Shown piece after piece: positions 1-13,260 of a stretch of 64,000 nucleotides of DNA. The first letter of the stretch is position 1; every line of letters begins with the position of its first letter. Location of the stretch: positions 37,882,001 to 37,946,000 of the forward strand of contig OX597830.1 in assembly GCA_951406725.2 (NCBI GenBank), read 5' to 3'. Source of the stretch: Octopus vulgaris (Eukaryota). Both the position numbers and the translations under genes were made by a program. The notes beneath the pieces are model-generated. The model was not told the origin of the DNA. It saw only the letters and a list, made by a program, of their open reading frames with translations, and did no database searches.

Positions 1-143
1 TCTTATGATACGTATATATGTACACACATGCATGTGGTGTAGTTATGAATATGTATACACACACACACACATATATATATATATAGGTATATATACATGC
101 AAACATGAACATATACGTCGAGGCACACACATACCCAGAAGCG

Positions 144-187
<44 letters not shown>

Positions 188-2026
188 AGTACGTGTATGT
201 AGAAGTATGTACTGTGTTAGAGTGCAGGCAAATATATTGTACAAGTCGATAAATCTCCAATATGCCTGAATAGGCACCCAGAGGAAGCATCAGAGCATCG
301 ATTATATGTCAAATATTTTATAAACGGATTCCATGTGATTTCAAATTTATGAGATAACCTTCGATTGTCCCTAATGTATAGAAACACAGAACTCAAATAT
401 ATGTGATTATAGACAATTGCTATTCGCTTCAATTCTAGATTAAAATCTATTTAATTTCCAACCATTCTTTACATTTGATCTAGTACATTTTTCGTGTTTA
501 CTTTTTTAAGCAGGCCGTAAACTGTTATATTGACTTCAAGTGGATATAAAGATTCGATTAGTTTGCTTATGTTGCCGGCACATATTTTCTGACACCGTGA
601 GCTGGGGATTTGAAATATATATAATATGTGAATAGCAATACAAGTAATTTAATCCGACGTATACCATATCTTGTAACTTGCTTCCATCAAATGCTATATC
701 GTTACGAAGTATAGAATTGCATTAACCCATTAGGATATTGTGTTCAACTTTCAAGACAAGGTCTATAACTTCTTTTTTCTTATTTTACAACTATCTACAA
801 GATAATTATCTCTTAATAAGATCAGATTATATAAGTTCTGTTTATCATGAAAAATGAATCTCCCATTCCATCTTCATTATGACAGACTATAACTTCTGGT
901 TCATTCAATGGTTATTTGGAAGTCCTTTTTATATATATAGAAATGTAGGGGAATTACATCTCGTCGCTGATATTCCCTTGAAAATGAATGACTGGAGTCA
1001 ATAGTGGTCTTATTGGTATGCATTGAAAAGATGAAACTTGAAATATCTCCAATTATTAACTGTACTTATCGATCTTTAGCGGTAATTGCAACGTTTGTTG
1101 TATAATCGACAGATATTCCTAGTTATTTCCCGTGAATGACAGATCAGTTTTGGCGCGAGTCAGGTTTGCGTTCACGCCATACCTTGTATGATACTATGAA
1201 ACAACCAATGGTCAATTATGTTTTTTTTTTTATCAACCCAATTTCCATATGTACACTGACATAGAGAAGGACCATAAGCTTTGACGATTGCCGATCGTTT
1301 GTTTTTGTGAACAATTTTGTACCCGAACCATACTTCATTATCCATTTGCTAGCATATCTTCTTTTTTGTCTCGTATATGCTAGCAGATTGTTGTCACATT
1401 CAATGGAACGAGTTCCTAACATTTATAACCTTGTTTGAAATTATATAGTTCCCATGTGGAAACTTATAAAAACAGAAATCTTTTCCATTAAATAGTATTT
1501 AAAGTGCCCTGCATCGAGACTAGCAGAAATAGTTCGCAGTATATTCTATTCCATTCAGATGCAAACATTGCTATGAGGAGAACATAGTGCAACTATTATG
1601 ATGCCTTGGAGGTAATTTCTGCGATATTACAATGAAACTAGAAATAGTTATAATGTAACCTGACCTCAATGGTAATGTTTCTTTCCTTGCTATCAATATT
1701 GAAATTAAACCCGTAAAGCATTTATGCATGTATGTCAAACAGATATAAACGTATTACATCATGTAAAAGAGAAACAAAAATCTAAGCATTTTAAGCTGGT
1801 AGTCAAAATTCATAAAAACATTGCCAGGGTATTTTCAACTAAGAACATTTTCCTGACAGCAACATAATGCAGACACTTCCACACTACTGCTTTTTCTTTT
1901 TGTATTTGCTGAGTAACGCGCATATAGAAATGTATTTTTCAACAATTATAAGACGGAAAATAATGCTGAACAAATTAGGCATTACTTTGTACATCATAAT
2001 ATTCTAAAATTCCTATTCTCTTTGTT

Positions 2027-2200
2027 TTTACACGTTTCAGTCATTGACCTCTGACCACGTTGGGACACAGTCTTGAAGAATTTAATGAAAGATATCGCCT
2101 CCGTACTTGTTATTTTAAGTCTAGTGTTATTCTATCGCTCTCTTGTCGATTCTCTAAGATACAGCAACGTAAACAAACTAATGGTTGTGAAACTGTGAAG
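2027..2200 (-). mobile_element. SINE family A, old 3' fragment
   Basis: Degenerate match to tail and body (gtttcagtcattgac..., attctatcgctctcttgtcga). Confidence 0.55.
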
Positions 2201-2254
2201 AGAAACAAGCTCAAACCACATGCATACATGTGTGCATGTTTATATATGGAGTGA

Positions 2255-2581
2255 CGGGCCTGCCTGACACGAGTTCCGGGCTCAGCTGGCTCTGGCTGAC
2301 AGTACCCGGTATGGGCCCCTATCAAGGGTTACGGAAAGGATACAACCTTCAAAGAAATCCGGAGTGGAGCCCCGAGGCGGTTTAGTGTTCCACTCGACAC
2401 TCTTCCGGCAGCTCCTGCAACCAAGCTGGTGTCTAACGTAATGCTCTGCACTCCTTTGGACTACATCAGCAAGGTCGAGAGAGAAATCCTGACGATTGGG
2501 CTACCCAGGATTCTCTTATTTCTAGCCCAGGCCTGCATAGGAAAACTCCATTATCTCCCGAGACAAAAAGGATGCCGACAG

Positions 2582-2587
<6 letters not shown>
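2255..2587 (+). mobile_element. GC-richer interspersed repeat resembling the 5' region of RTE-type retroelements
   Basis: Sharp GC increase; aaatccggagtggagccccgaggcggtt...ccggcagctcctgcaaccaagctggtg recalled as RTE-like; single copy here, family not verified. Confidence 0.35.
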
Positions 2588-2621
<34 letters not shown>

Positions 2622-2622
<1 letters not shown>

Positions 2623-2850
2623 CTATACTACCCACAAGGGGCTAAACACAGAGGGGACAAACAAGGACAGAAAAACGGATTAAGTCGATTATATCGACCC
2701 CAGTGCGTAACTGGTCCTTAATTTATCGACCCCGAAAGGATGAAAGGCAAAGTCGACCTCGGCGGAATTTGAACCCAGAACGTAGCAGCAGACGAAATAC
2801 GGCTACGCAATTCGCCCGGCGTGCTAACGATTCTGCCAGCTCACCGCCTT
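2622..2850 (-). mobile_element. tRNA-derived SINE family B, full copy
   Basis: A-box tggcagaatcgtt, B-box gggttcaaattcc, core gccgaggtcgactttgcctttcatcctttcggggtcgataaa; tail tttagccccttgtgggtag; multiple copies in the window. Confidence 0.88.
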
Positions 2851-2851
2851 G

Positions 2852-2902
<51 letters not shown>

Positions 2903-3015
2903 GTGTGTGCGTGCGCGCGCGCGCGTGTGTGTATGTATGTATACGTATAAATAAATAAATTTTTCCGCCGATTTAGACGTTAAAGAGATTATTGTATATA
3001 TACACACATACATAG

Positions 3016-3050
<35 letters not shown>

Positions 3051-3076
3051 TATATATATATAATTATATATATATA

Positions 3077-3128
<52 letters not shown>

Positions 3129-3631
3129 TTATATTTAAAAAAATATATATATGTTAATTTATATATCACAGACGAAGGGCTATCACACATTCCCCGTCGC
3201 CCAAACTGAATCACAAGACATAGTTCTTCTTACGCCCAGAGGTGTAGACATTTGCTCACTATGGCATGCACTGGGATTGAACTCCAAACAAAGTGACTGC
3301 AAAGTGAACTTCTTATCCGCGCAGTCATTGCCCTGCCTATATTGGTGTTAATATATTTCTCAGTGAATGAAAACAGTTATAGATTCGATAATGAGGGCAA
3401 TATACATGAATGATTCATATATTTATAAATCAATAGAATAAAATTCTTATAACTACGAAACCCTGTACGGAAACCCTAGATTGTATCTAAAACAAACACT
3501 ATACTGATTTTTTTATGCATATCGCAAAACATTGGCGCCTTACAAACACTGATTTCATGGAGAGTAAAGACTTAAACTGACTCGAACGAGGTCAAACAAA
3601 TATTGAATGAAATATGAACAGAAATCGACAA

Positions 3632-3641
3632 CCTACTACTG

Positions 3642-3723
<82 letters not shown>

Positions 3724-3740
3724 TACTACTGCAACTACTA
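3632..3740. repeat. (CTA)n microsatellite
   Basis: Direct reading. Confidence 0.97.
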
Positions 3741-4294
3741 CCCTGAGTCTCTCACAATATTTCCACATTCATCTGCCAAATGCAATTGAGATACTTGCAA
3801 ATTATGCTTGCTTGCGTAAATCTAAAATGCATGAAAGGTCACAAAAATAAATAAACAGAGGTCATATAATGATCTCTACATATACAGGGTTATAAATTCA
3901 TGTAAGCCAAGTTACATGTACAAATCTATATGGATATGAATATATATATATGTATGTATATCTGTATGTATGTACTTATGTATGTATGTATGTTTATATG
4001 TATGTATGTATGTATGTGTATATGTAGGTATGTATGTATACCTATATATCATAAGCCACATACACACACAGACATATATATGATATATGCCAGTGGGAGG
4101 GTGCATGTTGATATACGTATGGAGTACGCATCCAGCGTAATGAGAATCATTTGAATATAGAATCCATACATTCATGCATACATACATACTTTCATGCATA
4201 CCTAGTTACATGCGTGCAAGCACACGCGCACACACACACGCACACATATAACTATATATGTGTATGTATATATATATATATATATATATATGCA

Positions 4295-4333
<39 letters not shown>

Positions 4334-4667
4334 AGTTTAAATTCATAGAAAACAAAACATGAAGACAGGTGATATACATCCCTCATATATCTCAATCTTC
4401 TAATTTCTTTCTCTCTCGCTTTCTCTTAATTACTTCTTAACACTTACTCAACATACACTCCAAACATATTAATCGCGATACGTCCTTCGTTTCTTCTACA
4501 TCTGAATAGCGCATTTTTCTCTTTCAGCCTCTCCTCTTTGCTACATAGTAGCGAGATGTCTTCCTCAATACATTCCTATATACCTCGGTAGCATACTGAC
4601 TTATAAATTATATATTGTAATTTACTTCCTTCTCTTCCCGTTGCCATTTCATTAATATCTCAAATAT

Positions 4668-4755
<88 letters not shown>

Positions 4756-4834
4756 ATGTACTGTAAGTTTCGAGGGAATAATTGATAAGTTTAAGCACCT
4801 GTATATGCCAGATAGTGACAAAAGTGAGAGAATT

Positions 4835-5170
4835 TATCAAACATAAATTGAAAACAGAACACAAAGGATATCGCGGAATAGTGGCTGAATAGTGGTACAG
4901 TATGGGCAGATTTTTGAAATCTAATGAACTTTTATACAAATATACCTTTTCAAAGAGATACGATAAACCTATTATAATGGGTAATACTACGTGTACTTTT
5001 TTTGTTTTGTGATGTAATCTTTGGACTAACAATTTTTGCGGCTGAAGATGAGCTTTAAACCATTTTTTATATGAATAATATACGTATGCTGATGTAATAA
5101 CAAGGTTGTTTATAAAGCTTGAAACACGTGTACTGCGATATCCTTTGTGTTCTGTTTTTCAATTTATGTT

Positions 5171-5175
<5 letters not shown>
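4835..5175. repeat. 340-bp unit bounded by ~41-bp inverted repeats
   Basis: tatcaaacataaattgaaaacagaacacaaaggatatcgc (4835-4874) is the reverse complement of 5135-5175 apart from one indel. Confidence 0.9.
5038..5136 (+). ncRNA. Minimal type-I hammerhead ribozyme motif
   Basis: Stem I GCGG/CUGC; core CUGAAGA (5042-5048); stem II GAGCUUUA/UAAAGCUU; GAAA (5121-5124); palindromic stem III ACACGUGU; GUA cleavage triplet ending at 5132. Confidence 0.7.
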
Positions 5176-5216
<41 letters not shown>

Positions 5217-5257
5217 TTAAGTAAATAAATATATATTACGAAGTGGCAGAGTATTTA

Positions 5258-5325
<68 letters not shown>

Positions 5326-5751
5326 CATACACCTTTACATAGACCTACACGTATTTCAACTGCACCGATTAGTAACCGTTATGAAAACAATCCCATTACT
5401 ATGCGGTTTCTTCACCGTATTTACTTAATTTGCAGGTATGTGTATTTTTGTGTGCATGTGTTGACCTTCAAACACATGTACAAATGTATGAATGTCTGTA
5501 TGTATAAGCGGTTTTAAGTGCTTAATGGCCATATCGTTTCAAACGACCACTAATTCCTTCCTAATGAATGGGTTTCAGAGATTGTTATTCGGGTTGCCCA
5601 ACCGTTTATTACTATAATTTCTGTTAAATGCTTTAATCAATCCATTTTGGGAACATCCAATTACGACGGAAGTATGTCCGCTTGTGCAAGTTGAAGCAGT
5701 TGGAATTTCCTAGCAAATTACACCTTTCGTCTGTTTCCTGTATATACATAC

Positions 5752-5808
<57 letters not shown>

Positions 5809-5821
5809 TACACACACACAT

Positions 5822-6217
5822 GAGTGGCTGTGTGGTAAGTAGCTTGCTAACCAACCACATGGTCCCGGGTTCAGTCCCACTGCGTGGCATCTTGGGCAAG
5901 TGTCTTCTGCTATAGCCCCGGGCCGACCAATGCCTTGTGAGTGGATTTGGTAGACGGAAACTGAAAGAAGCTTGTCGTATATATGTATATATATATGTAT
6001 GTATGTATGTGTGTGTTTGTGTGTCTGCTGTGTTTGTCCCCCTAGCATTGCTTGACAACCGATGCTGGTGTGTTTACGTCCCCGTAACTTAGCGGTTCGG
6101 CAAAAGAGACCGATAGATTAAGTACTGGGCTTACAAAGAATAAGTCCCGGGGTCGAGTTGCTCGACTAAAGGCGGTGCTCCAGCATGGCCGCAGTCAAAA
6201 TGACTGAAACAAGTAAA
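5822..6217 (+). mobile_element. tRNA-derived SINE family A (internal microsatellite, CR1-like tail), near-complete copy
   Basis: A-box-like tggctgtgtggtaag, B-box-like gggttcagtccc, central (TA/TG)n, tail ggcggtgctccagcatggccgcagtcaaaatgactgaaac; about 10 copies in the window. Confidence 0.88.
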
Positions 6218-6320
6218 TGAAAATAAAGAAAGAAATATATCAAAATAGAGAGAGAAGGAGAGAGACAGAGACAGAAAATAAGATACATGCCTATATACAA
6301 ATATATGTATATATATATGC

Positions 6321-6421
<101 letters not shown>

Positions 6422-6638
6422 TAATCATTAGTATTATTATTAGTAGAAGTGATAGTTGCATTAGTAGTAGCAATATTAGTAGTAGTGGTAGTAGCAGCAG
6501 CAGTGGCAGCAATGGAAAGGACGAGAATTCTGTGCTGTGGCATTTAACGCTCACAATTCTCCGGTCTTGAGTCAATCTCTAACTTTTACAGATTATTTAA
6601 TATGTACATATACATGTGCGTGTATGAGCATGTGTGCG

Positions 6639-6709
<71 letters not shown>

Positions 6710-8048
6710 TATATCATGAGAGACAATGCGTTAGAAATATGAGAAACTATTTAAGGCAAATTGGCGTAAGTACGAAGATACATTATGTCGCATGTATTCA
6801 GAGATATAATCGTTACCATCTTCGGCCTCATTGAACTCACAACTAGAATCGGATTTAATAAAATTAATAATTGACATGACATACATTCCTAAATAATCAA
6901 ATATTTCGAACTGTAGCAATCTTTCCTAATTTTTATCGAGCGTTATGCAGACTTAGAACTGCAATTTCTAATAGAAAAAAAAATTCACGTTTGCCTTGGA
7001 ACGCATGGAAATTCTAGTATAATGATTTTTGATTTCATCGTTTTGTAGGAACATTTATACATACAGATATGGTGTAGTGAACTCACAATAAGTATTTGGC
7101 TACATAATGTTTGATTTCAGATAACCCAATCTCGAGACTTGTGCATTTGTGTGCGCGTGTTTTTGTGTGTTTGTATAATATGTATTTATATGCACGCATA
7201 CATGGGTATTTTTTTAAGTATATATACTGATGTGCATCTAAGTATAGCAAGGAAGAAAGTGGGAAAGAGGAGGAGTGATCGGGCGAGAGAGTGTATGTAT
7301 ATAATCAATGTTGGCATACGACCATATCTGATTCAAAATGGCGCAATATATAGCCGATAAATCGTTCTTTGAAGATATTCACATGTATTCGCATGCTTCG
7401 TTATTGTAGATTTGGTATGTGGGATTTCCAGTCACTTTGCTAAATCTCTTGGAAGCGCGAACTTCTCTCGAGGCTGTGTCCCGTCGTATTCATAAACAAG
7501 TTAGTTAGACACATCTGAATTTTTTTAAATGCGGCCACTGACCCCAAAAGAAAAAGCAGTTAAATTCCCATCAAATAGCACTCTACTGTAGAAAGCTATA
7601 ATGGATAATGTTATAGTAAATGACCTATATACTGTCTCAATCAAACTTCACGACTGTAATTCATTTGGTTATAGCGTTTGCTAATCAGCTTTCACCAATT
7701 TACTATAAGAGTCTCCCATCGTCACCACGTCTGATACCGTCTACATCATGACTGATTAAGAATTAGGGACTGTCTGTGTCTGTTTTTCGTCCTTTTCTGT
7801 AATCAATATTCGTTTTACAGTTTTCCTGTGCATTCATCATACGTTGTCTATTTTTCGTTTGCACATCTACTATAAAAATGTTCAATTATGCATGTATGAG
7901 TGTATATGTGTATGTGTGTGGATACATACATACATACATACATACGTACATACATATATACATACATATACATATACATATATATATATATATATGAAAA
8001 AACAAGTCAAAAATAGAAAATGCTAAAATAATTTTATAGTGAACATTT

Positions 8049-8086
8049 CAGTACCGGTTTCGGTCATTTTGAGACCTTTTCAACTG
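8049..8086 (-). ncRNA. Minimal hammerhead motif, U3-A8 variant (copy 1)
   Basis: CAG-UUGAAAA-GGUC-ucaaaau-GACC-GAAA-CCGGUA-CUG; ACCGGU palindrome in stem III. Confidence 0.62.
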
Positions 8087-8095
8087 TATATATTA

Positions 8096-8720
8096 CTCTT
8101 TTACACGTTTCAGTCATTTGACTGCGGCCATGTTGGAACATCGCCTTTATGCGACGAATTGGACCCCAAGATTCTTTCTTTATAAGCCTTGTACTTATTC
8201 TATCGCTAACTGTTGCCGAACCGCTAAGTTACACGGACATAGACACACCAGCATCGGTGGTTAAGCAATGATAGGGGGGACAAACATATACACAAAGGCA
8301 CAAACACACATAAATATATATACATACATATCTATGTGGCGGGCTTCTTACAGCTTCGGGCTACCAAAGCCACTCACAAGATTTTGTTTGTCCCGAGGCT
8401 ATAGTACAAGACACTTGGCCCCGGAACCATGGGATTGGTAAGCAAGCATCTTATTTACTCCTCACAAGGGGCTAAACATAGAGGGGACAAACAAGCTGAG
8501 ACAAATGGATTAAATTGATTACGTTGTCCCCAGCACGGAACTGGTACTTAATTTATCGTTCCCGAAAGGATGAAAGGCAAAAATCGACCTCGGCGGAATT
8601 TGAACTTAGAACGTAACGGCAGACGAAAGACCGCTAAGCATTTCGCCCGGCATGGTAACGTTCCTGCCAGCTCGCGCCTTGTGTGGTAAGCAAGTTTTTA
8701 CCACACAACCAGGCCTGTGC
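8096..8720 (-). mobile_element. SINE family A, interrupted by a SINE B insertion
   Basis: Reverse-complement match to 5822-6217; head split at 8447-8683. Confidence 0.85.
8453..8680 (-). mobile_element. SINE family B nested in SINE A
   Basis: Matches 2622-2850; flanked by duplicated tggtaagcaag (8436-8446 and 8684-8694). Confidence 0.88.
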
Positions 8721-9166
8721 TTATATATCTATATATATATATGAACGTCATTTATAGTCACCTCCCGACATTTTTTCTCTTTTTTTCTCTTCTACTATTT
8801 TCTTCTCTTCTATTTATTCTATATCCTTTCAAAATTTCTCCCAACATTACCCATTACAATTCGTCTTGGTCTAACGGTCCTTAATGTTTATCTTCATCGA
8901 TTGTTTACTCTGTACGTCCATCCTGTCGTTGTTTTTTCGTTCGAAGCTCTATCTCTCCAGAAATTTTATATTTTAGAACATTTCTATGTGCCGCTTATGA
9001 TGGTTTCGTATCTTGTCGTTGAAAGGTCGAAATAGGGAGCACTATCACAGTCGACATCTGAGGAGGGGTTAGACGTCTCTTGATATTTTGTCTTGTACTC
9101 TTCTTTAATTATGTGTTTACGTATCTTTCACTCGTTGGTGATGTCCTGTTCTTGATGTATTATATA

Positions 9167-10448
9167 TATTGTGTTGGCTATGTTACTCCGTTTTTTAAAA
9201 TTTGAAATTTATTGCGTTTTTAAATTTTGGACTCTATGTTTTGGAGAATTCTGTTTTTGAATCATTTTGAAATTCATTGTGTCTTTTTTTTTCTTGTTAA
9301 TTTTAGTTAATTTTTGTTTTATATCAGATCATTAAAATGTAATTTCAAGTTAAGAAGAACGAGCATTTTCGACACCTCGTTATAAGGTTATAAGGCCGCA
9401 AAAGCGGCTCGCGATATTTGTGCTGTGTATGGAGAGAGTTCCATAGCTGAAAGAACCGCTCATGATTGGTATGCCAAGTTCAAATATAGAAATTTGGGCC
9501 TCAAAGCCTCACCCCCATTCTGGCCGTCCAGTTGAGTTCAATCAAGAACGATTAAACTAAATGTTGCATGAAAATTCTCGTCAAACAACGAGGGAACTGG
9601 CAGAGAAAATGGAATGCTACCACACTGCTATAGTGAAGCATCTTCACTCGATGGGAAAGGTTCAGAAGTATGGAGCATGGGTTCCGCATGCTTTAAGTGA
9701 CAACAACAAAAATCAATGAGCCACAATATTCGTTTGTTTGCTTACTAGTTACCGCTCAACTCAGGGACACGAGCAACGAGTTATTTACAGAATCGGTACT
9801 AGCGACGAAAAATGGTGCCTGTACATCAATATGGAGCAACGTAAGGAATGGTTTAGTCTCTGTAAAGAAACCATACCGCACATGAAACAAGATCTTCAGC
9901 CGCGTAAAACAATGTTGTACGTATGGTGAGACTGGGAAGGGATTATCCATTACGAATTGCTTGAACGGAACCAAACGATCAACGCGGAACTCTATGTTCA
10001 ACAGATGGAACGACTCAACACGGCTATTCAAGAGAAAAGGCCTAAACAACAGTATGGAGATCTGCTGCACGACCACGCCCGCCCTCATATCGCCAATATG
10101 AGTAAGGAAGTCATTTAAACGTATGGCTGGGAAGTGCTGCCGCACCCGCCGTACTCTCATGATTTTGCACTAACGGATTTCCACCTCTTTCGATCTCTTT
10201 CAAATGCTAATCGCGGAGTTTCGTTCAATACTGATGCAGAATTGAGAGCTTGGTTGGATTAATTTTTCGAGTAGAAATCGGGTGATTTCTGCCAACGAGG
10301 TATTGAAATCTTGGGAAGAAAACATTAGGAAGAAGTTGTAAACAACAAGGGCGAATACATTATTGATTAATTATTTGTTATGTTTTATTAAACCTTTTAA
10401 AAAATTTAAATATACAAAAGCGGCGGGAACTTAGTTGCTAACCTAATA
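9167..10448 (+). mobile_element. Full-length but defective mariner DNA transposon (~1.28 kb)
   Basis: Degenerate TIRs (tattgtgttggcta... / ...ttagttgctaacctaata) flanked by TA; transposase remnant inside. Confidence 0.9.
9337..10370 (+). pseudogene. Mariner transposase pseudogene
   Basis: Reads AARDICAVYG..., SGRP, WVPHAL, TSDEKW, LLHDHARPH, HPPYSHDFALTDFHLF (WVPHEL, DD34D and YSPDLAP motifs) with several stops and frameshifts. Confidence 0.92.
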
Positions 10449-10727
10449 TAGATATATAAATATATGTGCATATTAGTTACGAGAGCCATTACAATCAAGG
10501 TATATCAACATATAAAACGCTATTTCAGATATGCGTTCATGGTTCATAAAAAAATATTTCCATAGTTTTCAGATGCAAGGGATAATATTCCTTTTGTATG
10601 AGATCCTGGTAGCAGTTAGCAGGTAGTAGTAGTAGTACTAATGATATGAATTGTTGGTTTTGATTTTTGAAGCAGTAGTAGTAGCTGACAAAGGAGGAGA
10701 CGAAGAAGTAGAATACTCTCTCTTTTT

Positions 10728-11008
10728 CTCTTTTACTTGTTTCAGTCATTTGACTGCGGCCATGCTGGAGCACCGCCTTTAATCGAGCAACTCGACCCCG
10801 GGACTTATTCTTTTGTAAGCCCAGTACTTATTCTATCGGTCTCTTTTGCCGAACCGCCAAGTAACGGGGAAATAAACACACCAGCATCGGCTGTCAAGCA
10901 ATGCTAGGGGGACAGACACACAAACATACACACATACATATATATATATATACATATATACGACAGGCTTCTTTCAGTTTCCGTCTACCAAAGCCACTCC
11001 TGCGCCTA
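10728..11008 (-). mobile_element. SINE family A with most of the tRNA head deleted
   Basis: Tail and body match 5822-6217; ctaccaaa joined directly to gccactcctgcgcct. Confidence 0.85.
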
Positions 11009-11015
11009 TTAATAA

Positions 11016-11354
11016 AGGACCCCCTTCGGTCATGAATGACCATGGGATTGCACCTAGAAAGTTACCCTCCTAGACACAAGTCTGGGCAAGGTTGTTTATG
11101 GAAGACCAGCAGTCGCCCATGCATACCGGCCTCCCCTCTCCACGCCACCAGTGTTATCCAAGGGAAAGACAAAGGTCGATACAGCTTGGCACCAGTGACG
11201 TCGCAACTCATTTCTACAGCTGAGTGAACTGGAGCAATGTGAAATAAAGTGTTTTGCTCAAGAACACAACACGCAGCCCGGTCCGGGATTCGAGCTCACA
11301 ACCTCACGATCGTAAGCTCGGCGCTCTAACCACTGAGCCATGCGCCTTCACACA
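11016..11354 (-). mobile_element. tRNA-derived SINE family C with a 15-bp target-site duplication
   Basis: Head tggctcagtggttagagcg...gctcgaatccc; TSD tgcgcctattaataa at 11001-11015 and 11355-11369. Confidence 0.88.
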
Positions 11355-11364
11355 TGCGCCTATT

Positions 11365-11600
<236 letters not shown>

Positions 11601-11649
11601 GGAAAGAAAGAATATTATGTTTTCCTACTAATGTCCTACCACACCAGCA

Positions 11650-12130
11650 TTGAAAGACTGAGGATAAAAGTCTGAGCAGTCGTGCTGACATTTGTTCTCC
11701 GTCACCTAACAGATCCCAGCTGTGTCCACTGCATTGTGTCCAAATTAACGGTGGAGTGTTAAGTTATTTAGCACCGCCACACAAATAAGATTGCCACTAT
11801 TCAGCATATGAATTACTGGGAGAGGCTAAAATGCAACGCCCTGACTTCTGCATCATGGGATGTAGGAAATCCACTACTTTGTATCTGGCGTACTTTTCAC
11901 TACATCTCATATATGGAGCAGGTACTGAAACATTTTAGATGTCAAAGGCCCAGAGCTCTTCTATATTCAGTCAAAATAATCACGAACATTACATAATGTG
12001 GACTGGGATGAAGTGAAACGGAACTGGATGTTCTCCTATCCAAGATATCAGGCGGTCTAACATTACGTCATGAAATACAGAGATGGTCAGCTGTATCGAA
12101 CGCCCTCGTGCAGCAAATGAGTCAACGGCC
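11650..12130 (+). pseudogene. Old 3' fragment of a CR1-group LINE related to the intact copy
   Basis: TNKIATIQHMNYWERLK matches TKKIASMQNVSYWERLK; KGPELFYI matches RGPQLFNI; ELDVLLSKI matches KLDLFLSGV, all in the same order. Confidence 0.7.
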
Positions 12131-12250
12131 ATGTGAAAGAAAACATATGGAAGAGAGTTGATATGAAATACCACCACCCAGAAGAAATCAACCACATGAG
12201 AGGGTTGTGAAAAGAAACGAATAAGATAATGTGTGTATACATACATATAC

Positions 12251-12321
<71 letters not shown>

Positions 12322-13138
12322 TATGCATATGAATATGTATGCGTTTTTTTTTTTTCGTATAGCGACGAACAATTTATATATATACAGTACTCTGCAAAAA
12401 CGGTATTTCCGTTACTGTTTGCACAACATTTAGCTTAACCGCAACTTCCACTCTCAATGTTAGGAGTGTGGTGAAATAATGATTGGTATTCTAAAATCTA
12501 TCAGTCACATACTGTGATACAGAGAGTATAAAAGTCAAGGGATGGAAAACAATAGACGTCAAGAACCAGAGATCACAAGTTGAAGAGACAAAGAGCGACT
12601 CACCCCCCATTAATCCTCCCCTGCGATAAATGGTCTCGACTCCTCTATTCCGCTTTTGGTTTGAGGCTCAATTACTAATTATTCACTACAAATTAAGTGT
12701 TCTGATACGTGTTGATGCCACTACCGCTGACAACTGTACTGAAAAAAAAAGTTTGCAATGTACATTTTTAAAATAAGCGCAAAATTCGACGCTCGCAGGC
12801 AATAACATCCGTTCGAGCGTATGTGTGTGTTTTTTGTGTGTAATCACATTGGTTCCGTTAGCTGATTAGGACTTATTTATCGATTGACTATACAAAACCT
12901 AATGTCAAATAGCATCGGGATTAAATATGGACAAGAAGAAAGGTGCAATCAAATATAAATACTGAAATAATAAACATGCTAGATATTTTCCGACTCTCAG
13001 TACCTATTGACTCGCCTATTGATATTGCACAATATCCTTTGAGCTGTTAACTTCAATTGATATAATATTTCTATATCAAACGCGAGAATATATATATATA
13101 TATGTGTGTGTGTGTATGTGTGTGTGTGTATACATATA

Positions 13139-13223
<85 letters not shown>

Positions 13224-13224
13224 C

Positions 13225-13260
<36 letters not shown>

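Noticed and set aside
8985-9080. Possible hammerhead remnants (ttatgatgg...gtcgaaatag; ctgaggagggg)
   Set aside because: Core and stems too degenerate to distinguish from chance.
9756-10160. 134-aa minus-strand ORF
   Set aside because: Antisense shadow of the mariner transposase.
11270-11350. tRNA-like sequence
   Set aside because: Continues into a SINE body bounded by a TSD; a SINE head, not a tRNA gene.
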